Assembly (NCBI GenBank): GCA_964106915.2
Contig: OZ066919.1
Length of the DNA: 64,000 bases
Origin: Podarcis gaigeae
Taxonomy: Eukaryota
Direction: 5' to 3' (one strand)
A program made the translations under genes and the position numbers. The notes under the pieces are model-generated. The model saw only the letters and a program-made list of their open reading frames with translations, was not told the DNA's origin and made no database searches. Shown one piece after another: positions 33,600 to 44,836 of this stretch; position 1 is the stretch's first letter, and each line of letters starts with the position of its first letter.

Positions 33600-35320
33600 G
33601 AAGCAATGATCAACTAAAACAATAAGCAAAGCGGGACAAAATAATGGAACCAAGCATGGGCATAGATAACAAGAAAATGTTATTAAAATTGTTGTTTTCT
33701 GACAACTGACAATTACAAGACTAATGTTGACATCTGAGAGGAAAGAAGGAATTGGAAGAGAACATTTGTTTATTAGTTTGTTTATAATCATTTATAGTCC
33801 ACTCTTCTTCCCCAATGATCCCTAAGATCTCTATCTTGAGGAGAAGAAGTAGTAATGACATGATCAATAGATAAAGAAATGGAAAGAGAAGAGTCCAGAG
33901 GAAAAATATGATATTCTCTTTGAAAGATTTGGCTTCAGAGAATGAGAAAGCCATGAGGAAATAAAAAGACAAGATGAAAAATTAACAAAAGAAAAGATCA
34001 GAGACAGAAAGTAACACAACATTGTCACCATGAACATGATTATTATAACTAAAAAATAAGACATGGACAAGAATAAAAAGCAAGGTGATTAAAACAGAAC
34101 ATTTAAATACACTGGTAGACAGAGGAAGAGGACAAGGAAACAAAAGAACCATTAATGGAAATGTGGCAAGTATGGTTAGATAGATAAGACAAAAATGAAG
34201 AGAATGACCAACAGTATTGAAAGTAGAGGACAGAACAAGAAGAACACGGACAGATCAAGATGAATAGACTATTAGCACTCTTCACTTGACTGATAATTAA
34301 ATAAAGTAAAAGTAGCTTCTGTTGGGTGGTAAGAACAAACAAAAAACTGATGAAGATCAAATAGAGTTAGGTAAAAGAAAAACCAACAAATGAAAGAAAA
34401 CATATTCAACCAGTTTAGAAATAAAGAAAATAAGATAAATTAGATGATTGTCAACAGGCAATCATCAGTTTGTGCTAAGGGAAAGCTTGCCAAAACATTA
34501 CAAAAATATAGGTAATGGTAAGATCTCCAAAAACCTTTTTAAGGGAAAAAGACAAAACAGGAATAAAAGAACCAGAGGTCTTTTTTGGATGAAGACAAAC
34601 AGAAAGACCATTCAAAGAAACAGGGGATAAAGGAAAAAGGAGGCAGCAGAGAATTTCCAAAAAGAAAGGGCAAAAGAAGCAAATGCCATAAATATCAGGA
34701 ATAAACAGCAGTTGATTTATATCACAAAAAAATGACCAAGAATCTGAGGAGCTGAGTGAAAGAAGAAAAAAGGTGGAGCAATAATTTAACAACTGAAGAG
34801 AGACAATGAGCATTGTGGAAAAATCAGTTTTGAATATTGCCTAACGGGAAAAGGGTGAGCATTAAGTCTAGACTTCTTAAAAACCAGTGTGCTCAGGACC
34901 TGTGCCATAAATGTGCAAGTTGTCTAATATATGAATGAAGAGACTGGAAGTAAGAAGTAAGCCAAGGCTGAGAAAGAAAGGATTATGAGACCAGGCAGAA
35001 GAATAAATTATAGTAGAAAGAACAGAGCTAAATAGTGAAACAGCCTTATTAGGAGAAGATGAAGAGAGAGAAAACCGGAGGTAATTGCAAAGAAATCCTT
35101 CAAGAGAAGGGTTTCATCTAGGATCACAGAGTAGAATCAAGGAGGAGAGTAAAAGCAAGCAAGTGGTGATCAGAAATAAAGAATGAAAAGATCAACTAGG
35201 TTACTCTACTAGGAGAGATGACAGAACATAGTGCACTACCCCTTCCTCTGCCTTTCAGTACCAAAAGTTAGAGATGCAGGATACTTCCTGGTAGGGGCTT
35301 AAGAATGTTAATGGTTGACA
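33600..35320 (-). mobile_element. Highly decayed L2-type LINE ORF2 relic
   Basis: Strong purine skew on +. Minus-strand remnants include SDHHL (endonuclease, about 35160-35174) and FLSYLSNHTCHISINGS (cf. L2 WF.SYLS.R...V). Boundaries are approximate. Confidence 0.62.
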
Positions 35321-35573
35321 AGAGTTTCATAGGGATGCCATGAAGAGGATGGTCAGATCATGAGAAGGATTTAGAAGAGCTTGGAGTGATGGATGATCCT
35401 GGATGATCTTGAATGGGAGGGGGGTCCTAGCAGATTAGGGGAGGTGAAGTCAGAACCCCAAGAAGTGTCTGGAGGGATCAAGTGGGTTGGCAGCGGAGTA
35501 TTCAATCCCCTGACATCAGACATCCCTAGCCAGATACTGCTGTTGTGGAGCTGTCTTTGGACTCTCCTGTCAC

Positions 35574-36300
35574 TTTTTTAAATATTTTATTTTCTATTTT
35601 TATAACAATAATTTTCATACATATTCAATCCAAATTTACTTGATTGACCTCCCCCCCTCGTTTCCATTTCCCACCTTTATTTCCCTTGCATCTAGTCATT
35701 TTTCCACAGAATTTCAAATTCTTTTTCATATCCTAATTCTATTTTCAGTTCATAAATGTTACAACAATCCTGCTAATGTTTCCACATTTTTACGGTGTTT
35801 TTTAAAGCAATCTATTAAAAAAATTCCATTCTTGATTAATTTTTTCCTCATCTTGGTACCTGACCTTCACAGTTAATTTAGCCATTTCGGCATAGTCTAT
35901 CATCTTAGTCATCCATTCTTCTTTCGTTGGAACGTTCTCTTCTTTACACTTCTGGGCAAGCAGCATTCTGGCAGCTGTGGTTGCATACATAAATAATCTC
36001 TTTTGCTTCTTTGGCATTTCATCTCCTAATATTCCTAGCAGAATGGCCTCTGGTTTTTTGACAAATATATTTGTAAACATTTTTTTCATTTCATTATATA
36101 TCATTTCCCAGAAGCCCTTTACCTTTTTGCATGTCCACCACATACAAAAAAATGTACCTTCTTTATCTTTACATTTCCAACATAAATTAGACGAATTTTT
36201 ATACATCTTAACAAGTTTAACCGGCGTTAAATATCATCTGTACATCTTTTTCATATAATTTTCTTTTAGTGAACTGCATGCCTTGAATTTAAATTGCAAA
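35574..36300 (-). mobile_element. L1-clade LINE 3' fragment (ORF2 C-terminal zinc-knuckle region plus 3'UTR)
   Basis: ORF 35802..36206 reads CWKC..EGTFFCMWWTC..V..FW...AAR..LAQ..K...P...EW. The frame continues upstream as ENY.K.MYR*YLTP with a stop. T-rich tail at about 35574. Confidence 0.88.
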
Positions 36301-36401
36301 TGGGTCACTAGCAATATATTGTTGTTTTTTTTTAATTTTCCATTTTTTTCTAGAAAGGGTAAATCCAGATTAAAAGTTTGGGGGTGGGGTATGGATGCTA
36401 C

Positions 36402-36765
36402 GGGACGCAGGTGGCGCTGTGGGTTAAAGCCTCAGCGCCTAGGATTTGCCGATCGAAAGGTCGGCGGTTCGAATCCCTGCGGCGGGGTGCGCGCCCGCTG
36501 CTCGGTCCCAGCGCCTGCCAACCTAGCAGTTCGAAAGCACCTCCGGGTGCAAGTAGATAAATAGGGACCGCTTACCAGCGGGAAGGTAAACGGCGTTTCC
36601 GTGTGCGGCTCTGGCTCGCCAGAGCAGCGATGTCACGCTGGCCACGTGACCCAGAAGTGTCTCCGGACAGCGCTGGCCCCTGGCCTCTTAAGTGAGATGG
36701 GCGCACAACCCCAGAGTCTGTCAAGACTGGCCCGTATGGGCAGGGGTACCTTTACCTTTACCTTT
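36402..36765 (+). mobile_element. Sauria SINE, full length, young (subfamily B)
   Basis: Same architecture, CpG-rich, with an (ACCTTT)n tail. Perfect 12-bp TSD TATGGATGCTAC at 36390-36401 and 36766-36777. Confidence 0.95.
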
Positions 36766-38415
36766 TATGGATGCTACAGATGCCATGAAGACCTTGCGAG
36801 GGGGGCATGCATGAGGAACACCCATCCCACAACAAACATCCACTTAGATTTGATTCTATTATCCCACCGCCATCAAGAAAAAGCAATCCTAGCATAAACA
36901 GTTATTACGTCTTAGAACTGTAAAAGTCAGCTAGGGACTAGGGCTAAGGTTTGCTACATGGCTGTATCCATGAAAAAAGATGGAGCCTTTCACAAGGAAA
37001 AAAACAGGCAAAAGGAACCGCCATATTCATATTACTCTACAAATTCTCAGTGGATAACCTGAAATAACATCCCCCAAAGACACAGAAAGAGAAGATTGTA
37101 ACAGGGAATTCAGTTTTGGTATGCAATTGTGGACTGGCACTTTCATCTAAAGACAGAATGTAAGAGACACTGAAGACTCAACAAGCTACTGAAGAGAGAT
37201 TTTTCCTTGAAAAGAGAATCTGATAAACTTCTGAGAAAGATAATCAACCCAAATGTTCTGGGTATTTTAATTCTTTTATTTTAAATATTTTTATTTGATG
37301 AGGACATTTTGCAATATCATTTTGGGTCTTTGCCTTTTCTTTTGCTTCCCCTTGATTTTGTTTTTCCTAAGAGGAATATTAGCAACAATTCAAAGCCACT
37401 TGGCAATTGTGTTAGCCCTTTGGCATCTTCTTAGGATGAAATAAGATGCTCCCCTATGAGAGTATTCTGGCTGACATACAAATACTTTTCTTTAGATTTT
37501 TAACCCACATAATTCACAGAGGCTTAAAATCACATTTTTAAAATGAATTTCAAAAAATAGTTGTTTAAAACTATAAACTGTGTTAAAGACAAACATGTTA
37601 CCCGATATTGCCACCAAATCCCTGACAGTTACATGTTTGCCCAAATAAGAAGGTCTTGTTTTGATGCTTCTATACTCTGGTTTAATCAACTATCTGAAGG
37701 AAGAGAGTTCTAGAGTAGCTATCAGAAAACCCCATTTGTACATCTTCATCATGTGTACACAATGCATTAAAAAAACAAATCTAGTGGTCAAGTCGGCTGA
37801 CAATAGCAAACATGACAGAACAGATGGGAAGAACAGCTGGGCTGAGAACTAGGAGACTCTGGCTCTGTGAATGGCTGCACCATATGATATAGCACCCAGA
37901 TTACAAGATGGAGCATCTCCCTAGATAGTAAATGGCTTTTGGATACTGGAGTGGCTGCCTACCAAGCATGGCCACTGACAGTCCTCATCAAACAAGGCTA
38001 AAATAAGGCCTCCTGTACAGGCTGGGACTTTGCCTGGGCAACTCAATTATTCCTTTGCTTCTGGCTCTTGACTTGTGCTCTGGTTTAGACATCCCAGGTC
38101 TGTTCCTTAGCTCTTGGCCCCCACTCAACAGTTGCCTAATGATCAGCTCAGATGTGAAGCTATCAACCAGAATTATCCACTGTTCCAATCATTCCATCTT
38201 AGCAAGCATTTCTGCTTCCTAAAATGAATTATTACCTCTCTCCTCCCCCTGGTACACTGTTCTGGAGGATCTCCCAACGCCCCCCACAAACCAATTTCAG
38301 GGGGTGCACAGGGGGATTAGTGGGAAGGAGGCCCACTGCACAAGTGGAAGTCTTTGCACTGGGCTCCTGCTGATGGGGCTAAATTCAACCCATTCTACTC
38401 TTAATATTATATAGT

Positions 38416-38775
38416 GGCCCAGTTCACATGTCAAATTAAGCCATGGTTAAAATATAGTTAAAAACATTGACCAGGAAATAAGAGAGTCTGGCTTGACATG
38501 ACATCTGATCTGGGGCTTGCTGCTTGTTTTCCAAAACGAACCATGAGCAGTATGCCAAGAACAAGGTTCAGTTACTGCTCATGATTTATCTGGAAAGAAA
38601 CAAACCCGTAAGTCAAGGTTCTGGTGTCAAGGCAAACTCTTGTCTAGTTTCTTCCACGGTGCAGCACCAGGATTGGAGCAAGAACTTTACAACACTGTAT
38701 ACCAGCTTGCTGCTTGTTCATGTTAAAACCACAGCTTGTTCCAAACTATGGTTAATATGATGTGTGAGCCAAGCC
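38416..38775. mobile_element. Old TIR element, same family as 14265
   Basis: Ends GGCCCAGTTCACATGTCA / TGATGTGTGAGCCAAGCC. Shares TTGCTTGTTCAT..AAACC..AAACTATGG with the 14265 copy. Confidence 0.5.
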
Positions 38776-41700
38776 ACAAAGGAGAAAGAGAAAGCATGAA
38801 TACATGCATGTGTGATGTCCTGCTGAAAATATATTTAATGAAGCGTTCACTTAAATGGTTTATATTATGTACTGTATATTAATATTAAGAATCAAAAATG
38901 CACCAAGAACGTAGAGCCTTGGATGAGTTTCAGTTTGGAAAATGAAAAGTGTTTTCATTTCAAAAACACTAACCTGAGTTCTGTATTATTTTCAAAATCT
39001 TCCCCACCCTGCCCAATTTTAATCCACACCAACCAGCTGCATTTCTGGGAGAAGAATTTGAGCTTTGGGAGCTTACTGACTTTTTCAAAGTGAATTTTAG
39101 TTCCGACTTCTGCTCTGGGTTCTAAGCCAATGTAGTGTGGATCCAAGTATTCGGCTCAGTGGTTGTTTCTGTCTCTATTTCTTTAGGTCTGATTTTCAGC
39201 TGCTACTTTATGGCTTAGCTGCAAATATCCAGAACAACAAAGCCTGCAAAAAGGGTTGTGTGTGTACACATCTAGCAACAAAGAAAGTCTACAATTAATT
39301 CCAGGTGCACATGGGCACTAAGAAAATCTTGTCAGGATCAGATCTCAAGAAGAAATAGGAGCTGCTGCTGTGAAGCATCCCACACTTTAGAAGTTTGAAG
39401 ATCATCACCCTCTTAGGCAATGAATCAGCAGACCTGTTGCTGTCTACTTCAAAATGTTATAGGGAGGTAGTTGAAAAGAGATATATTCCCTCCAACTTTT
39501 CAGCTGACCAAAATAGTGGCCAGACTTAAGAGTTGTGGTCATGTTGGGTAATACTTTCCCCCACATGATAGGTGAGCAGCTGCTTCTCAAATTGTACAAT
39601 GAACCTAGACATCTTTCCCTCAAAGAAGCACTTCTAAGGAAATTGCATTTTCCTGCCCTTTAAAATGCAAGGATTTTGTCACTGAAAAAATGCAGTTTTG
39701 CTCCAGCTTTTCCTTAATGTGATAGTTATTGCAATTAGAGGTTTGGTTGTGCAAGAATACCTACTGGCCAGTACCACTAACAATACTGCTTACCTCAAAA
39801 CCACTCCAATGCAAATACTTTACAACCAATTATATTTATTTTATTTCTTTGCTTTGGGGGAAAAAGTGTCTTTAGAGACAAAGCAACTTTCTGCTATACT
39901 ATGAAAATGTAAAGGTTTTCGAGGTGAGTAAGGCTAATCCCTCCTCAGATCAATGCACAGGAATAATTTCATGAACATTTTCAACCACCACCCCATTTCT
40001 CCCCTTTTGTTCTCTGAAAGCAGAAGCTTTGATGTACTAGAGCGGACTGCCCTGGATGCAGGCAGGATGCCTCTAGGAAGATTGCCCAATGCAAGAGACG
40101 AACACCTGGAGGAACGTGACACGAAATCAGCCAAAAGTAAGAGCAAGATGAGCTTAATTAAGTTTTCTGGCATCTGCTTTTATCTTAAAATATTGTAATA
40201 ATAGCATAATGTATTGCACAAATATATTTAACTCTCTCTCTCTCCACACACACACACACACCTGCAAAAAAAGGTCTGTTCTTGTGTTGCCACCCTCTGG
40301 ACCTCGATCATGTCACATACGCCATGTACCTTAACTCTCTCATCTTAGGGACTTGTTTTCATTTAACAGTTTAACATTTATGCAATGTATGAATGTCAAG
40401 AAATGGTTCCAAAAACTGTCCTGCGGGCTTACCTTGGGTGCTTAAAGCAAGAGGATGCCCAACCAGTACCAAGGTGTTTTTGAATACCATTTTTGAAAAC
40501 TTACAGAATTCTCCACTCCCTGTAATCAGCACAAGTCCTAAATTTTGAAAGCAATAATATCTTATACTTCTGTATACACACAGTATTTTGGAGTTTGGAT
40601 AAAGGAAAACATAGTAAACACTCCCTTGGGAGGCTTTTAACATTTATTGTTTAGTCTCCAGACCCCCTTTTCAGCAGCATATTCAAGCTTTTTTTCAGTA
40701 ACAAACATGGTTATGAATTATTCTTTAAAGTGGAGGAACAGATTTTCATGACAACTAAATCCAAAGCTATAAAATATAGTAAAATCTGCAAACAAGTTAT
40801 CAAAGCTGATAACATCATCTTAGTACTAACACCATTACTACTTTTGTAAGCTACTGAATTACGGTGTATAGAAAGTTTGTTTGGAATCACTTTAGAGGAA
40901 GATTTATAGGGCTTTATATAGAATTGGGAGGTGGGAAAAGAGCAAGTTCCTCGTTCAAACAGAAGCAGATTTTCATCAAGTGCCATACAAAGGCCAACGT
41001 TTAGTTTCATTTGTCCACCAGCCGTTATATTTCTGATAGTCACCTTTCATCAGCCACTCTAGATCCAGCCTGTGTTGGGGGAAACCAAGCACTCCACTTT
41101 CATTTCAGCATTGCACTTTAAATGAGATTCTTCTCTTCCAACTAGTATTTCCATTGCTTTCTAATTACTGTGTGTAAGGTTGCGGCGGGACTGTCAAGGA
41201 CACTTACGGGATGATGCCCGTGAGATCACCGATGAGAAGAGACATATCTGCACCCCCATCACACTCATACAATTTTTAGATGGTATTTTCTTGTCTTCGT
41301 TTCGGCTACTGCCTCACTTCATTTTTACTAGCAATTCCTGGAATACATCTCTCTCTCTTTCCTATGTAGGGTTGGCATGCCAGTACGAAATACTGTCAAA
41401 TGACTGCCAACTTGACTGCAGTCAAATATTCCATGAAGCCATGATGTTGACGATACACATATAATTGGTCTGCTATGTGTTGTATACAATTCCTTTTTAA
41501 AAAACTGACTTGAATTTTTTATTTTGATCTATTTGTTTTAAAGTGGAATTTTAGGCTGACCTTGGTGTTCCAAAATAAAAGCAAAAAAGGTTTGTTTCAG
41601 TGAACAATTAACATCAATAAAGATCTTATCTGACATTGGTTGCTCTCAGATAATATCCCAAGTCATGGTTTGGAGGACTGGGAATGAGACACATGCTCAC

Positions 41701-43008
41701 ACACTGCCTCTTCCTACTTCCGCTCAAGATCTCAGTTAAATACATTGCTTTCTTATTTAATCAAACTACAGCATGCCAGAAAGGCCACTGAACCACAGTG
41801 GCAAACCAGGATCACTTCACACCATTGCTTGCTATTTTGGATGTAGTGAAACACTATAGCATGATTAAACCAGGAAGCAATGTACTGTATTAAGTTGCAT
41901 GCAAGGGGAGATGAGAATGTGCAAGCACATGGCTAATTTCTTATTTCCCAAACCATGGTTTGGAGTACTATCTGAATGTTAAAAGTTATGGTATGCCATT
42001 GATTGTAAAAAGTTGCAATTTTAAAAAACATTAGTATTATTGCTTCAGAAAAACAGCTACTCAAATTATAAAAGAAAGTATCAAAACTGTTGAGTATATA
42101 TTTGCTGTTTGGGAATCAAGTTAATGCTTTACAGAGCAATCCAACCCCCACTTATGCCAAGCTGTGTGGGTATAGATTGAGCAGAGGCATCCCTCCGCTC
42201 AGCTCTCCCAGGTGAGTGGGCCTCTGAACAGACAAGAGATCTGCTGGTGATAGCCCTGCCAGGGGGTAGCCCCAAAATGGGGCATTCCAAGGGGTGTGGT
42301 GGAAACAGACCAAAATCTGCTGGATCCCGAATTGGTCTTACAGCCATCACCAGCTGCCATCTAATCACTGTGCCAGTTTAGAGCATGTGCAGGCCTGGTT
42401 GTGTTACCCATCCCACCCTGCCCACTAAACACACATGTGAACAGGGCTGTGGTTGTGGGAGTGAGTTTGGACTGCACCCATAAAAATAAGTGACCGTTAG
42501 TTTGCCAACACCTGACCAATTGATGGATCAAGTCTTTTTTTCACCACTCAAATGTTCAACTCTACCCCATGCTCTCACTCATTTAATCTAGCCAACTTTG
42601 ACACTGCTATTATGGAAGCACTGAGGGAAAGGGAAATGCTCATGAATCTTAAAATTTGATGGTCTATATTGGGTTGTTTTCTGAATTTGGATTACAGATT
42701 TTGTGGTTTTATATTCTGATTTAATCCTGTTAACCACCCTGAGACCTGCGGGTATAGGGTGGTTTATAATTTAATTATATAAATGAATAAATAATAGGTT
42801 GGTGTTTTTTTAAATGATGAGGCAGCACAAATACTAGACGAGATCTGATACACAATTAATGGAGAAGTATGCCATATGCAAACAACGACTTTGTTTTGGG
42901 AGAAAGTTGCAAAGGGTCAAGAAGGCAATAAATGAAACCCATGGGCTAACAGTTGGCAACCACTGGTTTAGACTACACTTTTTAATGTAACAACTGTAGG
43001 ATTTTGTT

Positions 43009-43162
43009 AGGGCAAAGCGTGTAAAGTGAGTAGTAGAGCACAATCTTTTCATACGCAAGGTTCCCAGATGCAATACTGGGCCTCGTCGACCTTTTTTTTT
43101 TAGGGTTTTGGTATCAGGTAATGGGGAAGACCTCTGCCTGAGATCCTGGAGAGCTGCTGCTG
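43009..43162 (+). mobile_element. tRNA-derived SINE fragment, same family as 59540
   Basis: AGTAGTAGAGCAC...AAGGTTCCCAG...CAGGTAATGGGGAAGACCTCTGCCTGAGATCCTGGAGAGCTGCTGC. Confidence 0.62.
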
Positions 43163-44600
43163 TAGCCACCAGACCGTGAATATAATCACGCAAGTGGGAG
43201 AAAAGCAATAAGGCCCCCAAAGGGTTAATCTCTCCTCCAGATGTTCTCAGCAGTGGCTCCCCAGGAAGTCAAGAGCAGTCAATGTGCAGTATGGCTCAGA
43301 GGATTCTTCTTCCCCTCCTCAATCCTGTCTTACCAAGTAGGTTGGAGGGTTTTTTTTTTCCCCCATCACACTGCCTTGGTCTCTGTAATGCTCCCTCTTT
43401 CCAAGGATTAAAGAGGATCTGAACTTGGAAGGTGGGGTTCTGGTGGGGAGGACTTAGCCCAAGTTAAAAACTCATTAATGTGCAAAGACTAGAGCTCTTT
43501 TGAATCTCGTTACAGGATGTTAACACACTGGAGGTCTCTTGATGTTCCCACAGCAACCACTGTGGGAGTTCCCAGACGCTAGGCAACCCTCCCATGACCC
43601 TGGCTGACCTTTCCCCTTCTATGACCCTTGCCACAATGTAAGCGCGCGCTATTGAATCCCAGGACGTTTTTCAGCTGGGCCCCACCATTGAAACCTAAGG
43701 ATTTCCCCCTAACACCATCAAATTTGCTAGAGAAAGATGGGAAGTGATCCCTCCATTCTTTCCACTCTCTTCAGAAAGAGTCTGCGGAAGCCTCACTGGA
43801 AGTTGTTTCTAATAGTCTACTCCTTGGAAGGAGGTGGGAGTTGTTCTCCCCATTCCCCCAGTGCACGTTCAGAGCAGCAAAATTACAATACAGCAACTGC
43901 GTGTTTACTGTAGGCTAAAGCAGCTTTCAGACTACAGATATACAGACCCTTCTGAGCTAAAGCATGAGTGGGAATATAAATAGACACTCCCAAGACTGCT
44001 TTGAAAATGAACACATTTCAGAATGAACCACAGAGCATTTTGCTGGAGCCACATTTCAAGATCCAGGCTACCTAGAATCAAGGGCGCTTGACCCACAAAA
44101 TTTTACTGATTCTTAAATTGCTGTTTTACTGGATCATACAGAGAGCTCAAATGGATCACAACCCCCCCCCCCTTCCATCTCCCAAAAGAAGACATTGATC
44201 AGGTCACAGCCGCAACACATATGCCCATATTGACTGCACTAGGAAAGTTTTACGGATACGTGGGTTGATATTTCCTATTCTGGCAACCTGTTCCAAAACA
44301 CACCCTATGAAGACTTGTACCCATAATTTGAAAAAAGAAAAAATAGCAATGTTATGGGTTATAACAAGGTTGAAGCTGGGCAGATGAAGCCTGGCCTATT
44401 TTAAGAGAATTAATTACCATGGCTTTGATCACCTCCATCACAGCTAGTTTTATTATCAGGATTTCAGTTCTTCCTAGTGCCGTTTCCATCTCCACAAGCA
44501 GTTCATTGGTGACCAGATTGCTTTTGTAGGCATCTGAAAAGTCTTTATCTATGGCATGACTACACACAGAAGCATTATCACACACAACACTTCTTTATGC

Positions 44601-44735
44601 CAGTACAGCCAACATGGTATTCTCCAGAAGTTTTTGGACTCGCAGCTCCCATCAGCCCACGCCAACATGGCCAATGGTCAGGGATAGTAAGAGTTGTAGT
44701 TCAACATCTGGATAGTAATACATTGACTATCCTTG
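44601..44735. mobile_element. Short palindromic hAT-like MITE, degenerate
   Basis: TCCAGAAGTTTTTGGACT..CTCCCATCAGCC...GGTCAGGGAT..GAGTTGTAGTTCAACATCTGGA; related to the 53468 element. Confidence 0.6.
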
Positions 44736-44767
44736 CCTTATTGTATGTGTACAAATTGCACGTGAGT

Positions 44768-44836
44768 CACAGAATCACAGAACTGTAGAGTTTGAAGGGA
44801 TCCCATGGGTCATCTAGTCCAACCGCCTGCAATGCA
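44768..44836 (-). mobile_element. CR1-type 3' end fragment
   Basis: CACAGAATCACAGAACTGTAGAGTTTGAAGGGA..TCATCTAGTCCAAC, the reverse complement of an ATTCTRTG-repeat tail. Confidence 0.65.

Noticed and set aside
33174-34813. Hydrophobic 'membrane protein' ORFs on the minus strand
   Set aside because: Artefact of the T/C-rich strand of a decayed L2-type element.
35802-36206. 134-aa Cys/Trp-rich ORF as a host gene
   Set aside because: It is an L1 ORF2 C-terminus with an upstream in-frame stop and a mutated CCHC histidine; a dead TE fragment.
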